DNA of 64,000 nt from Escherichia phage vB-Eco-KMB38, in the sequence record OR525701.1; one strand, given 5' to 3'. The notes under the pieces are model-generated. The model saw only the letters and a list, made by a program, of their open reading frames with translations, searched no databases and was not told where the DNA came from. Numbering within the stretch: position 1 is the first letter of the stretch; every line of letters begins with the position of its first letter. Of the stretch, positions 1 through 13,285 are shown in pieces. The translations under genes were made by a program, and so were the position numbers.

Positions 1-898
1 AGAATTAAAGGACGTAATATTACGTCGTTTAGGCGCTCCTATTGTAAATGTTGAATTAACTACAGACCAAATTTATGATTGTATTTCACGAGCGTTAGAA
101 CTTTATGGTGAATACCATTTTGATGGGTTGAATAAAGGTTTCCATGTATTTTTTGTTGATGATGAAGAAAAATACCGTCACGGCGTATTTGATATGCGTG
201 GTTCTAACGTATTTGCCGTAACAAGAATTATAAGAACAAATGTTGGCTCTATTACTTCAATGGATGGTAATGCAACTTATCCATGGTTCACTGATTTCCT
301 TTTAGGAATGGCAGGTGTTTCAGGTGGTATGGGTAGTAATTGTGGTAAATTCTATGGACCGAACGCTTTTGGCGCTGACCTTGGGTATTATTCTCAATTA
401 GTATCTTATATGGGTATGCTTCAAGATATGATTGCTCCTCTTCCAGATTTTTGGTTTAACTCTGCAAATGAGCAATTAAAAGTAATGGGTAACTTTAGAC
501 AGAAAGATGTCATTATCGTTGAATCATATGTTCGCTCTTATATCGAGACCCATAAGATGGTAGGAAATACAGTAGGGTATGGACAGGTCGGTCCTCGTGA
601 TTCATGGTCTATTTCTGAGCGGTATGATAATCCAGATCATAATTTGGTCGGACGTCGAGTCGGTGAAGATCCTGCAACTAAACAAGGCGCATATAACAAC
701 CGCTGGGTTAAAGATTACGCGACTGCATTAGCTAAAGAGCTTAATGGACAAATTCTTGCTAAACATCAAGGTATGATGTTACCGGGTGGCGTCACTGTTG
801 ATGGTGTTCGATTAATCGAAGAAGCTCGATTAGAGAAAGAAGCTTTACGAGAAGAGTTATATTTACTAGACCCTCCTGCAGGTATTTTGGTAGGTTAA
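1..898 (+). CDS. 13: neck protein gp13 (5' end lies outside window)
   Basis: Open frame runs from the window edge (codon phase from nt 2) to the stop at 898; translation [20 protein letters not shown]... resembles T4 gp13 as recalled; sits directly upstream of gp14/gp15/terminase. Confidence 0.85.
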   Translation, partial: ELKDVILRRLGAPIVNVELTTDQIYDCISRALELYGEYHFDGLNKGFHVFFVDDEEKYRHGVFDMRGSNVFAVTRIIRTNVGSITSMDGNATYPWFTDFLLGMAGVSGGMGSNCGKFYGPNAFGADLGYYSQLVSYMGMLQDMIAPLPDFWFNSANEQLKVMGNFRQKDVIIVESYVRSYIETHKMVGNTVGYGQVGPRDSWSISERYDNPDHNLVGRRVGEDPATKQGAYNNRWVKDYATALAKELNGQILAKHQGMMLPGGVTVDGVRLIEEARLEKEALREELYLLDPPAGILVG

Positions 899-899
899 T

Positions 900-1664
900 A
901 TGGCAACTTATGATAAAAATCTTTTCGCCAAGCTAGAAAATCGTGGTGGGTATTCTCAGACAAATGAGACCGAAATCCTAAATCCATTTGTCAATTTTAA
1001 TAACTATGAGAATAGTCAGACATTAGCCGATGTTCTAGTGGCAGAAAGCATACAGATGCGCGGTATTGAATGTTTTTATGTTCCACGTGAATATGTTGCT
1101 GTGGACCTTATCTTTGGTGAGGACCTTAAAAATAAATTTACTAAAGCATGGAAATTTGCTGCATATCTTAACTCTTTTGAAGGTTATGAAGGAGCGAAAT
1201 CGTTCTTCAGCAACTTCGGAATGCAAGTTCAAGACGAAGTTACATTATCTATTAACCCAGGTCTTTTCAAACACCAGGTCAACAATCAGGAGCCTAAGGA
1301 AGGTGATTTAATATACTTCCCAATGGATAACAGTTTGTTTGAGATTAACTGGGTTGAACCGTATGACCCATTCTATCAAGTAGGTAAAAATGCGATTCGT
1401 AAAATTACTGCAGGCAAGTTTATTTACTCTGGCGAAGAAATCAATCCGGTGCTTCAGAAAAATGAAGGTATCAATATACCTGAATTTAGTGACTTGGAAC
1501 TTAACCCTGTTAGAAATCTTGACGGTATCCATGACATTAATATCGATGAATATTCTGAAGTTGAGCAAATCAATTCAGAGGCAAGTGAATACGTTGAGCC
1601 GTATGTAGTAGTTAACAACCGTGGTAGACAAAATTCACCCTTTGATGACGGATTTATGAATTAA
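900..1664 (+). CDS. 14: neck protein gp14
   Basis: 254-aa ORF, T4 gp14-like length and position between 13 and 15. Confidence 0.85.
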   Translation: MATYDKNLFAKLENRGGYSQTNETEILNPFVNFNNYENSQTLADVLVAESIQMRGIECFYVPREYVAVDLIFGEDLKNKFTKAWKFAAYLNSFEGYEGAKSFFSNFGMQVQDEVTLSINPGLFKHQVNNQEPKEGDLIYFPMDNSLFEINWVEPYDPFYQVGKNAIRKITAGKFIYSGEEINPVLQKNEGINIPEFSDLELNPVRNLDGIHDINIDEYSEVEQINSEASEYVEPYVVVNNRGRQNSPFDDGFMN

Positions 1665-1687
1665 TAAATAGATAAGATAAAGCAAAC

Positions 1688-1705
1688 ACCGGTCGAAAGG
1701 CCGGT
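1688..1705 (+). other. GNRA-tetraloop hairpin between genes 14 and 15
   Basis: accggtcGAAAggccggt immediately before the gene 15 RBS; no T-run. Confidence 0.5.
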
Positions 1706-1713
1706 TAGGAGAA

Positions 1714-2538
1714 ATGATGTTTGGCTATTTTTACAACTCGTCGTTCAGGCGATATATCACAATGATGGGCGATTTGTTTTCAAATATCCAAGTTAACCGT
1801 CAATTGTCTACAGGCAATAAATTAATTAGGGTTCCTATTACGTATGCATCTAAAGAGCACTTTATGATGAAACTTAATAAATGGACCTCTATAAACTCAC
1901 AAGAAGATGTGGCTAAAGTCGAAACTATTCTACCACGTATAAATCTCCAAATGGTAGATTTCGTTTATAACCCAACGTTTAAAACGAATATATTGAATAA
2001 CTCTCTTTTGAGTAAATCGACTAAGGATATTGTAGACCAATACAACCCATCACCAATTAAAATGATTTTTGAACTGAGCATCTTTACTCGTTATGAAGAT
2101 GATATGTTCCAAATCGTTGAGCAAATTATTCCATATTTTCAGCCGCATTTTAATACGACTATGATTGAGCAATATGGGCAGGATATTCCATTTGAAAGGG
2201 ATATTAAAGTCGTATGGATGGCAGCAGCAATGGATGAACAAATAGACGGTGATAATTTATCTCGTCGACGTTTAGAGTGGTCATTAACATTTGAAGTAAA
2301 TGGATGGATGTATCCTCCGGTAGGCGCAGCTGAAGGCCTTATTAAAACGACTTATCTTGATTTTCATGCTAATGAACGAGACCTTCAAACAGCCGCCAGT
2401 GTTTTTGAATCAGTTGATACAGAAATTAAACCGAGAGACGTTGAAGCACAAGATTGGAATGGCGAAGTTGAACAAACTTATACTCATGATATTCCAATCC
2501 CGACTCCACCAACCCCTCCTGGTCCTAGAAAACAATAA
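1714..2538 (+). CDS. 15: tail sheath stabilizer / tail completion protein gp15
   Basis: 274-aa ORF with AGGAG RBS; synteny and size as T4 gp15. Confidence 0.85.
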   Translation: MMFGYFYNSSFRRYITMMGDLFSNIQVNRQLSTGNKLIRVPITYASKEHFMMKLNKWTSINSQEDVAKVETILPRINLQMVDFVYNPTFKTNILNNSLLSKSTKDIVDQYNPSPIKMIFELSIFTRYEDDMFQIVEQIIPYFQPHFNTTMIEQYGQDIPFERDIKVVWMAAAMDEQIDGDNLSRRRLEWSLTFEVNGWMYPPVGAAEGLIKTTYLDFHANERDLQTAASVFESVDTEIKPRDVEAQDWNGEVEQTYTHDIPIPTPPTPPGPRKQ

Positions 2539-4864
<2,326 letters not shown>

Positions 4865-4891
4865 AAATAAAGCAAATTAAGAGGAATTAAA

Positions 4892-6874
4892 ATGGCACTT
4901 CTCTCTCCGGGCGTTGAGCTCAAAGAAACTACCGTACAGAGTACTGTAGTTAATAACTCCACTGGTACTGCTGCCCTGGCTGGAAAATTCCAATGGGGAC
5001 CTGCATTCCAGATTAAACAAATCACCGATGAAGTTGCGTTGGTTGATATGTTTGGTACTCCTAATACGGATACAGCAGATTATTTCATGTCTGCTATGAA
5101 CTTCCTTCAATATGGTAACGACCTTCGTGTTGTACGCGCAGTCGATCGTGATACTGCTAAGAACTCATCTCCTGTGGCAGGAAACATTAATTTTACTATT
5201 TCTTCGGCTGGCACCAACTATAGAGTCGGTGATAAAGTTGTAGTTAAATATTCTACAGATATTATCGAACCAGACGGTGAAGTTACTTCGGTTGATTCTG
5301 ACGGTAAAATTTTGAATATCTTTATTCCTTCAGGTAAAATTATCGCTAAAGCGAAAGAAATCGGCGAATATCCTGAATTAGGTTCAAACTGGACTGCCGA
5401 AATGTCTGGGTCTTCTTCTGGTCTGTCTGCAGTAATTACTATTGATTCTGTTGTAATGGATTCTGGTATTCTGTTGACTGAAGTTGAAACTTCAGAAGAA
5501 GCTATTACTTCTCTAACTTTCCAAGAATCTATTAAAAAATACGGTGTCCCGGGTGTAGTTGCTCTTTATCCTGGTGAACTTGGCGACCAGCTCGAAATTG
5601 AAATCGTATCTAAAGCAGACTATGACAAAGGTGCTTCGGCCCAGTTAAAAATTTATCCTGATGGTGGTACTCGTGCATCTACTGCTAAAGCAATCTTTGG
5701 GTATGGCCCGCAAACTGATGACCAATATGCAATTATCGTTCGTCGCAACGACGCGGTAGTCCAGAGCGTAGTTCTTTCTACTAAACGTGGTGAACGCGAT
5801 ATTTATGGTAGCAATATCTTCATTGATGATTTCTTTGCTAAAGGCGCAAGCAATTATATTTTCGCTACGGCACAAGGTTGGCCAAAAGGTTTCTCTGGCG
5901 TAATCAAACTGAATGGTGGCTTATCATCTAATGAAACGGTTGAAGCCGGTGATTTAATGGAAGCTTGGGATTTGTTTGCTGACCGTGAATCGGTTAATGC
6001 ACAGTTGTTTATTGCTGGTTCTTGTGCTGGTGAATCTTTAGAAGTTGCTTCTACAGTTCAGAAACATGTTGTAGCAATTGGTGATTCTCGTCAAGATTGC
6101 TTGGTTCTTTGCTCACCGCCACGTGCAACTATAGTCGGTATTCCTGTTAATCGTGCAGTTGATAATCTGGTTGATTGGCGTACAGCGTCAGGAACTTACA
6201 CTGATAATAACTTTAATATAAGTTCTACTTATGCTGCTATTGATGGTAACTATAAATATCAATATGACAAATATAACGATGTGAATCGTTGGGTTCCATT
6301 AGCTGCTGATATCGCCGGTCTTTGTGCTCGAACAGACAATATTTCTCAGCCTTGGATGTCTCCAGCCGGTTATAACCGTGGACAAATTCTTAACGTTATT
6401 AAGCTTGCAATTGAAACTCGTCAAGCACAGCGTGATCGTTTGTATCAAGAAGCTATTAACCCTGTTACTGGTACCGGTGGTGATGGATATGTTCTGTACG
6501 GTGATAAAACTGCCACTTCTGTTCCTTCGCCATTTGACCGTATTAACGTACGTCGTTTGTTTAACATGGTTAAAACGAACATTGGTTCAGCATCCAAATA
6601 TCGCCTATTTGAATTGAACAACGCATTTACCCGTTCGTCTTTCCGTACAGAGACTTCTCAATATCTACAGGGTATTAAAGCTCTCGGTGGTGTATATAAC
6701 TTTAAAGTTGTTTGTGATACTACCAATAACACCCCAGCAGTTATCGACCGTAATGAATTTGTAGCTACTTTCTACTTACAACCTGCCCGCTCGATAAATT
6801 ATATTACGTTGAACTTTGTAGCAACAGCAACTGGCGCTGATTTCGACGAACTGATTGGTGCTGTAGGTGGCTAA
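4892..6874 (+). CDS. 18: tail sheath protein gp18
   Basis: 660 aa, preceded by TATAAATA late promoter; size and synteny match T4 gp18. Confidence 0.93.
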   Translation: MALLSPGVELKETTVQSTVVNNSTGTAALAGKFQWGPAFQIKQITDEVALVDMFGTPNTDTADYFMSAMNFLQYGNDLRVVRAVDRDTAKNSSPVAGNINFTISSAGTNYRVGDKVVVKYSTDIIEPDGEVTSVDSDGKILNIFIPSGKIIAKAKEIGEYPELGSNWTAEMSGSSSGLSAVITIDSVVMDSGILLTEVETSEEAITSLTFQESIKKYGVPGVVALYPGELGDQLEIEIVSKADYDKGASAQLKIYPDGGTRASTAKAIFGYGPQTDDQYAIIVRRNDAVVQSVVLSTKRGERDIYGSNIFIDDFFAKGASNYIFATAQGWPKGFSGVIKLNGGLSSNETVEAGDLMEAWDLFADRESVNAQLFIAGSCAGESLEVASTVQKHVVAIGDSRQDCLVLCSPPRATIVGIPVNRAVDNLVDWRTASGTYTDNNFNISSTYAAIDGNYKYQYDKYNDVNRWVPLAADIAGLCARTDNISQPWMSPAGYNRGQILNVIKLAIETRQAQRDRLYQEAINPVTGTGGDGYVLYGDKTATSVPSPFDRINVRRLFNMVKTNIGSASKYRLFELNNAFTRSSFRTETSQYLQGIKALGGVYNFKVVCDTTNNTPAVIDRNEFVATFYLQPARSINYITLNFVATATGADFDELIGAVGG

Positions 6875-6887
6875 TAAGACGCCTGAT

Positions 6888-6905
6888 GGGCTATTTCGGT
6901 AGCCC
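6888..6905 (+). other. UUCG-tetraloop hairpin after gene 18
   Basis: gggctatTTCGgtagccc directly upstream of the gene 19 late promoter; no T-run. Confidence 0.5.
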
Positions 6906-6906
6906 A

Positions 6907-6914
6907 TATAAATA
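6907..6914 (+). promoter_or_regulatory. late promoter TATAAATA (gene 19)
   Basis: Exact TATAAATA in the 18-19 intergenic region, just after a UUCG hairpin. Confidence 0.7.
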
Positions 6915-6986
6915 TACTATATCGTTTAAAAATTAATTCTATGGGCATCCGGTTAATCCTAAGCCCATATTACTACAGAGGCTAAT

Positions 6987-7478
6987 ATGTTTGTAGATGA
7001 CGTAACTCGTGCCTTCGAATCTGGTGATTTCGCTCGCCCTAACCTGTTCGAAGTAGAAATCTCTTATCTTGGGCAAAACTTTAGCTTCCAGTGTCGTGCT
7101 ACTGCTCTTCCTGCTGCGATCGTTGAAAAGGTTCCTGTTTCTTATATGAACCGTAAAATTAACGTGGCCGGTGACCGTACATTCGATGATTGGACTATTA
7201 CAGTAATGAACGACGATGCTCATAGTATTCGTCAGAAATTCGTTGATTGGCAAGGTATTGCAGCAGGACAAGGTAATGAAATTACCGGTGGTAAACCTGC
7301 TGAATATAAAAAGTCTGCTATCGTTCGTCAATTTGCTCGTGATGCTAAAACGGTCACTAAAGAAGTTGAAATTGTTGGCTTGTGGCCTACTAACGTTGGT
7401 GAAGTATCTCTTGATTGGGATTCGAATAACGAGATTGAAACGTTCGAAGTAACTCTTGCTCTTGATTGGTGGGAATAA
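6987..7478 (+). CDS. 19: tail tube protein gp19
   Basis: 163 aa, late promoter upstream; synteny. Confidence 0.93.
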   Translation: MFVDDVTRAFESGDFARPNLFEVEISYLGQNFSFQCRATALPAAIVEKVPVSYMNRKINVAGDRTFDDWTITVMNDDAHSIRQKFVDWQGIAAGQGNEITGGKPAEYKKSAIVRQFARDAKTVTKEVEIVGLWPTNVGEVSLDWDSNNEIETFEVTLALDWWE

Positions 7479-7526
7479 TCTGGTTGGGGAGAAATCCCCA
7501 GCTTCCCGTGATGACGGAGAAGTCCA

Positions 7527-7534
7527 TATAAATA
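7527..7534 (+). promoter_or_regulatory. late promoter TATAAATA (gene 20)
   Basis: Exact TATAAATA 29 nt upstream of the gene 20 ATG. Confidence 0.75.
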
Positions 7535-7562
7535 TAACTATAATTCCCATTCGGAGAATACA

Positions 7563-9134
7563 ATGAAATTTAATATCTTAAGTTTGTTTGCTCCATGGGC
7601 AAAAATGGACGAACGTGATTACAAAGACCAAGAAAAAGAAAATTTAGAATCTATCACCACACCAAAATTAGACGACGGTGCTAAAGAATACGAAGTATCT
7701 GAAAATGAAGCACAGCAAACATATAATGCTATGTTTCAGAGAATGTTCGGTAGTCAAGAACCAGGGCTCAAATCAACACGTGAATTAATCGATACGTATC
7801 GAAATTTGATGACGAACTATGAAGTGGATAATGCAGTCTCTGAAATAGTTTCCGATGCTATCGTATATGAAGATGATACAGAAGTCGTTTCTATAAATTT
7901 AGACAACACAAAATTTAGTCCAAATATCAAATCAATGATGTTGGATGAATTTAACGAAGTGTTAAATCATTTATCTTTCCAACGTAAAGGTTCAGATCAT
8001 TTTAGACGTTGGTATGTGGATTCTCGAATTTTCTTCCATAAAATTATTGACCCTAAACGCCCTAAAGAAGGTATTAAAGAGCTTCGTCGTTTAGACCCAC
8101 GTCAAGTTCAATATGTCCGTGAAGTTATTACAACCACTGAAGCCGGTGTTAAAATAGTCAAGGGTTATAAAGAATATTTCATTTATGACACATCACACGA
8201 ATCTTATGCTTGTGATGGTCGCATATATGAAGCTGGCACAAAAATAAAAATCCCTAAAGCCGCGATTGTTTATGCCCATTCTGGTTTAGTTGATTGTTGT
8301 GGTAAAAATATCATTGGTTATTTGCATCGGGCTATTAAGCCGGCAAACCAATTAAAACTTCTTGAAGATGCCGTCGTAATTTATCGTATTACTCGTGCTC
8401 CTGATCGTCGTGTATGGTACGTTGATACAGGTAATATGCCTTCAAGAAAAGCAGCAGAACATATGCAACATGTTATGAATACGATGAAAAACCGTATTGC
8501 ATATGATGCTACTACAGGCAAGATTAAAAACCAGCAGCATATTATGTCGATGACCGAAGATTATTGGTTACAACGACGTGATGGTAAAGCAGTAACAGAA
8601 GTTGATACATTACCGGGTGCAGATAATACTGGAAATATGGAAGATGTACGTTGGTTCCGTAATGCGCTTTATATGGCTTTACGTATTCCTATTACCCGTA
8701 TTCCAAGCGACCAAGGTGGTATACAGTTTGATGCTGGTACTTCTATTACACGAGATGAATTGTCGTTTGGTAAATTTATTCGTGAGCTGCAACATAAATT
8801 TGAAGAGATATTCCTAGACCCGCTTAAAACTAATTTAATTCTTAAAGGAATTATTACAGAAGATGAGTGGAATGATGAAATAAATAATATTAAGATAAAA
8901 TTTCATCGGGATAGTTATTTCTCGGAATTAAAGGATGCTGAGATTCTGGAGCGTCGCATTAATATGCTTCAGATGGCCGAACCATTTATTGGTAAATATA
9001 TTTCTCACAGAACAGCTATGAAAGATATTCTTCAGATGTCTGACGAGGAAATTGAACAAGAGGCTAAGCAAATTGAAGAAGAGTCGAAAGAGGCTCGTTT
9101 CCAAGACCCCGACCAAGAACAAGAGGATTTTTAA
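7563..9134 (+). CDS. 20: portal vertex protein gp20
   Basis: 523 aa, late promoter upstream; synteny and size. Confidence 0.93.
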   Translation: MKFNILSLFAPWAKMDERDYKDQEKENLESITTPKLDDGAKEYEVSENEAQQTYNAMFQRMFGSQEPGLKSTRELIDTYRNLMTNYEVDNAVSEIVSDAIVYEDDTEVVSINLDNTKFSPNIKSMMLDEFNEVLNHLSFQRKGSDHFRRWYVDSRIFFHKIIDPKRPKEGIKELRRLDPRQVQYVREVITTTEAGVKIVKGYKEYFIYDTSHESYACDGRIYEAGTKIKIPKAAIVYAHSGLVDCCGKNIIGYLHRAIKPANQLKLLEDAVVIYRITRAPDRRVWYVDTGNMPSRKAAEHMQHVMNTMKNRIAYDATTGKIKNQQHIMSMTEDYWLQRRDGKAVTEVDTLPGADNTGNMEDVRWFRNALYMALRIPITRIPSDQGGIQFDAGTSITRDELSFGKFIRELQHKFEEIFLDPLKTNLILKGIITEDEWNDEINNIKIKFHRDSYFSELKDAEILERRINMLQMAEPFIGKYISHRTAMKDILQMSDEEIEQEAKQIEEESKEARFQDPDQEQEDF

Positions 9135-9364
9135 TGGACGATTTAATTCAAGCTATTAAATCAAACGACCTCGTTGCTACTCGAAAGTTTTTTGAAAGTG
9201 CAATGGCAGAAAAAACGGTTCGTTTGATTGAAGCGCGCAAAGCAGAAATCGCTTCTCAATTTTTGATTGAAGGCGAAGAACCTGAAGAAGAAAAGAAAGC
9301 TTCGGAAGACGACGCTGATGAAGGCGATGACGACGAAGACGAAGATGATGAGGACGATGAATAA
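9134..9364 (+). CDS. 67: prohead core protein gp67
   Basis: 76 aa with acidic C-terminal tail; ATG overlaps the gp20 stop. Confidence 0.8.
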   Translation: MDDLIQAIKSNDLVATRKFFESAMAEKTVRLIEARKAEIASQFLIEGEEPEEEKKASEDDADEGDDDEDEDDEDDE

Positions 9365-9789
9365 TGTATCTTATCCCTGAATCTTATGAATTGGTACTCG
9401 AAAATGTCGAAGCACTTATTCCTGAAGCACAGGGCCGAATCGATGCATTGTCTTCTGCTCTCGATATTGACGATATAAATACTATTATCGAGAACATGCT
9501 TGAAACTGAAACGGATTTAGCTGTTGCAATGGCTTCCATTATTAATGAAGAACAGTTAAATGAGTTTATCGTTAAACATGTTTCTTCTCGTGGTGAAGTC
9601 ACCCGCACTAAAGACCGTAAAACTCGCGAACGTAACGCGTTCCAAACCACTGGTCTTTCTAAAGCAAAACGTAGACAAATCGCTCGTAAGGTCGTTAAAG
9701 CTAAAAAAGCTAACCCTTCAGGCCAAGTTAAAGGCTTGCGTAAGCGTAAAAAGGCTCTTAAACGTCGTAAAGCATTAGGATTAAGCTAA
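9364..9789 (+). CDS. 68: prohead core protein gp68
   Basis: 141 aa, translationally coupled between 67 and 21. Confidence 0.8.
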   Translation: MYLIPESYELVLENVEALIPEAQGRIDALSSALDIDDINTIIENMLETETDLAVAMASIINEEQLNEFIVKHVSSRGEVTRTKDRKTRERNAFQTTGLSKAKRRQIARKVVKAKKANPSGQVKGLRKRKKALKRRKALGLS

Positions 9790-10430
9790 TGAATAAACCC
9801 GAGTTACTTATTGAAACTTGGGGTCAACCCGGTGAGATTATTGATGGCGTTCCAATGTTGGAATCTCATGATGGAAAAGATTCTGGCTTAAAACCAGGGC
9901 TTTATATAGAAGGTATTTTTCTTCAGGCAGAGGTTGTTAACCGAAATAAACGTTTATATCCTAAACGCGTTTTGGAAAAAGCAGTAAGTGACTATATTAA
10001 AGAACAAGTCGCAACCAAACAAGCCCTTGGAGAATTAAACCATCCACCTCGTGCAAATGTTGACCCTATGCAAGCCGCTATCATTATTGAAGATATGTGG
10101 TGGAAAGGAAACGATGTATATGGACGTGCTAGAATTATTGAAGGCGACCATGGTCCCGGCGATAAATTAGCTGCTAATATACGAGCTGGCTGGATTCCAG
10201 GTGTTTCCTCTCGTGGTCTTGGTTCTTTAACCGACACCAATAAAGGGTACCGTATCGTGAACGAAGGATTTAAATTAACCGTCGGCGTAGATGCCGTATG
10301 GGGACCTTCTGCTCCAGATGCTTGGGTTACTCCTAAACAAATATCAGAATCAGAAAATTCGGTGGAAACCACCAAAAACAGTGCTGATGAAGCATTTAAA
10401 GCTCTCGCAGAGAGTTTAAAAGCATTATAA
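9789..10430 (+). CDS. 21: prohead core protease gp21
   Basis: 213 aa; size and synteny match T4 gp21. Confidence 0.9.
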   Translation: MNKPELLIETWGQPGEIIDGVPMLESHDGKDSGLKPGLYIEGIFLQAEVVNRNKRLYPKRVLEKAVSDYIKEQVATKQALGELNHPPRANVDPMQAAIIIEDMWWKGNDVYGRARIIEGDHGPGDKLAANIRAGWIPGVSSRGLGSLTDTNKGYRIVNEGFKLTVGVDAVWGPSAPDAWVTPKQISESENSVETTKNSADEAFKALAESLKAL

Positions 10431-10433
10431 ATA
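10426..10433 (+). promoter_or_regulatory. late promoter TATAAATA (gene 22)
   Basis: Exact TATAAATA overlapping the gene 21 stop codon. Confidence 0.65.
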
Positions 10434-10463
10434 ATAATGTAATCTAAACCACAGGACACTAAA

Positions 10464-11276
10464 ATGATCAAAGAACAACTTTTGAAAGAAGCTCAGAATA
10501 TCGAGACTTCAGTTGCTCTTAATAGTGTTTTCGAATCAGTAGAACTGTCTCCGGACGTTAAAGCTAATTTCAGCACTGTATTCGAAGCCACCGTTAAGCA
10601 GGAAGCAGTCAAACTGGCTGAATCTCATATTAAAGCCATCGCCGAAAAAGCCGAAGAAGAAGTTGAAAAGGCTAAAGAAGATGCTGAAGAGAAAGCTGAT
10701 AAAAAATTGGCTGAACAAGCTTCTAAATTCCTAGACCATCTTGCAAAAGAATGGCTCGCAGAAAACCAAATCGCAGTTGATAAAGGCATTAAAGCTGATT
10801 TGTTCGAATCCATGCTTGGTGGTCTGAAAGAACTGTTTGTTGAACATAACGTTGTTGTTCCAGAAGAATCTGTAGATGTTGTAGCAGAAATGGAAGAAGA
10901 GCTGGCCGAACATAAAGAAGAAACCGCTCGTTTGTTCGAAGAAGTTGCCAAACGTGATGCATATATCAATTACGTTCAGCGTGAAACCGCTATTAATGAA
11001 AGCGTAAAAGACCTGACTGAATCTCAGAAAGAAAAAGTTATTGGCCTGGTTGAAGGTATGGATTATTCTGACGCATTTGGTACTAAGTTAACTGCTATTG
11101 TAGAAATGGTTAAAGGTTCTACTAAAGAAGAAGCCGCTATTACCGAAAGTATAAATACAGTTGACAATGACGCTGCCGGTCTTAATTTTGTTGCCGAAGC
11201 AGTTGACACTACCACAACTCAGGTAGAACAGAATTCTAATGTAAGTTTATATGCGAAAGTCGCATCTCGTTTCTAA
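10464..11276 (+). CDS. 22: prohead core scaffold protein gp22
   Basis: 270 aa, highly charged coiled-coil-like sequence; synteny. Confidence 0.9.
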   Translation: MIKEQLLKEAQNIETSVALNSVFESVELSPDVKANFSTVFEATVKQEAVKLAESHIKAIAEKAEEEVEKAKEDAEEKADKKLAEQASKFLDHLAKEWLAENQIAVDKGIKADLFESMLGGLKELFVEHNVVVPEESVDVVAEMEEELAEHKEETARLFEEVAKRDAYINYVQRETAINESVKDLTESQKEKVIGLVEGMDYSDAFGTKLTAIVEMVKGSTKEEAAITESINTVDNDAAGLNFVAEAVDTTTTQVEQNSNVSLYAKVASRF

Positions 11277-11293
11277 TTTAAAGGTTAACACAA

Positions 11294-12862
11294 ATGACTA
11301 CTATCAAAACTAAAGCTCAGCTCGTAGATAAATGGAAAGAACTGCTGGAAGGTGAAGGCCTGCCGGAAATCGCTAATAGCAAGCAGGCTATTATCGCTAA
11401 AATCTTCGAAAACCAGGAAAAAGATTTCGAAGTATCCCCTGAATATAAAGACGAGAAAATCGCTCAGGCATTTGGTTCTTTCTTGACCGAAGCTGAAATT
11501 GGTGGTGACCACGGTTATAATGCTCAGAACATCGCAGCAGGTCAAACCTCTGGTGCAGTAACCCAAATTGGGCCAGCAGTTATGGGTATGGTTCGTCGTG
11601 CTATTCCTAATCTGATCGCTTTTGATATTTGTGGTGTTCAGCCTATGAACAGCCCTACCGGTCAGGTATTTGCTCTCCGTGCAGTATATGGTAAAGACCC
11701 TATCGCTGCAGGCGCTAAAGAAGCTTTCCATCCGATGTATGCCCCAGACGCGATGTTCTCTGGTCAGGGTGCTGCTAAGAAATTCCCAGCTCTGGCTGCT
11801 GACACTACTACTGTTGTAGGTGATATCTATACTCACTTCTTCCAAGAAACTGGTACTGTATATCTGCAAGCTTCTGCTGTCGTAACACTTGATTCTAGTG
11901 CGACTGATGCAGCTAAATTAGATGCAGAAGTTAAGAAACAAATGGAAGCTGGTGCACTGGTAGAAATCGCTGAAGGTATGGCTACTTCTATCGCTGAACT
12001 TCAGGAAGGTTTCAACGGTTCTACCGATAACCCATGGAATGAAATGGGCTTCCGTATCGATAAACAAGTTATTGAAGCTAAATCTCGCCAGCTGAAAGCT
12101 GCTTACTCTATCGAATTAGCACAAGACCTCCGTGCAGTACACGGTATGGATGCTGATGCTGAACTGAGTGGTATTCTGGCTACAGAAATTATGCTAGAAA
12201 TCAACCGTGAAGTTGTTGATTGGATTAACTACTCTGCACAGGTTGGTAAATCTGGTATGACCCTGACTCCGGGTTCTAAAGCTGGTGTATTTGACTTCCA
12301 GGACCCGATTGATATCCGTGGTGCTCGTTGGGCCGGTGAAAGCTTTAAATCTCTGTTGTTCCAGATTGATAAAGAAGCAGTTGAAATTGCTCGTCAAACC
12401 GGTCGTGGTGAAGGTAACTTCATTATCGCTTCCCGTAACGTAGTTAACGTACTGGCTTCAGTTGATACTGGTATTTCTTACGCTGCACAGGGTCTGGCTT
12501 CTGGTTTTAATACCGACACTACTAAGTCTGTATTTGCCGGTGTACTTGGTGGTAAATACCGCGTATACATCGACCAGTATGCTAAACAGGATTACTTCAC
12601 CGTTGGTTACAAAGGCGCTAACGAAATGGATGCAGGTATTTACTATGCTCCTTACGTTGCACTTACCCCACTGCGTGGTTCCGATCCTAAGAACTTCCAG
12701 CCGGTAATGGGCTTTAAAACTCGTTACGGTATCGGTGTTAACCCGTTTGCTGAAAGTTCCCTGCAGGCTCCAGGTGCTCGCATCCAGTCCGGTATGCCGT
12801 CTATCCTGAACAGCCTTGGTAAGAACGCTTACTTCCGCCGTGTATATGTAAAAGGCATCTAA
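11294..12862 (+). CDS. 23: major capsid protein gp23
   Basis: 522 aa; size and synteny match T4 gp23; strong terminator follows. Confidence 0.95.
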   Translation: MTTIKTKAQLVDKWKELLEGEGLPEIANSKQAIIAKIFENQEKDFEVSPEYKDEKIAQAFGSFLTEAEIGGDHGYNAQNIAAGQTSGAVTQIGPAVMGMVRRAIPNLIAFDICGVQPMNSPTGQVFALRAVYGKDPIAAGAKEAFHPMYAPDAMFSGQGAAKKFPALAADTTTVVGDIYTHFFQETGTVYLQASAVVTLDSSATDAAKLDAEVKKQMEAGALVEIAEGMATSIAELQEGFNGSTDNPWNEMGFRIDKQVIEAKSRQLKAAYSIELAQDLRAVHGMDADAELSGILATEIMLEINREVVDWINYSAQVGKSGMTLTPGSKAGVFDFQDPIDIRGARWAGESFKSLLFQIDKEAVEIARQTGRGEGNFIIASRNVVNVLASVDTGISYAAQGLASGFNTDTTKSVFAGVLGGKYRVYIDQYAKQDYFTVGYKGANEMDAGIYYAPYVALTPLRGSDPKNFQPVMGFKTRYGIGVNPFAESSLQAPGARIQSGMPSILNSLGKNAYFRRVYVKGI

Positions 12863-12886
12863 TCTTAATTGATTAAATCTTATTTT

Positions 12887-12915
12887 GGGAGACTTCGGTC
12901 TCCCATTTTTGGTTT
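12887..12915 (+). terminator. rho-independent terminator after gene 23 (UUCG tetraloop)
   Basis: gggagacTTCGgtctccc followed by aTTTTTggTTTT. Confidence 0.8.
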
Positions 12916-13184
12916 TATTTCTGTGCAATTTCGATGTAAGTTTTCAAAATATTTTGCCAATTAGGCATACCTTCTTGGACATATGCTGGAGAACCGTCTT
13001 TGTTTTTGAATGATGCAAGTTTATCAGTGGCCCAATAACCTTTAGCTCGAGCTTCAGAATCAACTTTCATCCATACTTTGTTGAAGGCATTACCATTAAC
13101 TTTTGCACCATATTTTTCTACTAACTTAACGGCTTCAGTTTCCAGAACTTTTAAAGTATCTCGTAAGAAACGTGCTTTAGTCAT
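12915..13184 (-). CDS. hypothetical protein (89 aa), at the locus T4 uses for segD
   Basis: ATG with GAGGAG RBS 7 nt upstream; own early promoter at 13215-13244; no recognisable motif. Confidence 0.6.
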   Translation of the reverse strand: MTKARFLRDTLKVLETEAVKLVEKYGAKVNGNAFNKVWMKVDSEARAKGYWATDKLASFKNKDGSPAYVQEGMPNWQNILKTYIEIAQK

Positions 13185-13214
13185 TTTGTTTACTCCTCTG
13201 TAGTTGATAAGTCT

Positions 13215-13244
13215 ATAGTATCACATACCAAATACGTTGTAAAC
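13215..13244 (-). promoter_or_regulatory. early promoter (GTTTAC-N18-TACTAT) for the 89-aa ORF
   Basis: Minus strand GTTTACaacgtatttggtatgtgaTACTATagac upstream of the ATG at 13184. Confidence 0.65.
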
Positions 13245-13250
13245 AATCTT

Positions 13251-13258
13251 TATAAATA
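13251..13258 (+). promoter_or_regulatory. late promoter TATAAATA (gene 24)
   Basis: Exact TATAAATA 28 nt upstream of the gene 24 ATG. Confidence 0.75.
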
Positions 13259-13285
13259 ATCTATATCACATAAGGAAAAAATGCA

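Noticed and set aside
6939-7550. 203-aa minus-strand ORF antisense to tail tube gene 19, and similar antisense ORFs (1035-1232, 5645-5875, 10625-10969, 12458-12928, 27038-27367)
   Set aside because: They lie entirely antisense to strongly supported conserved structural genes, have no promoter or RBS, and several start with non-ATG codons; they are shadow ORFs
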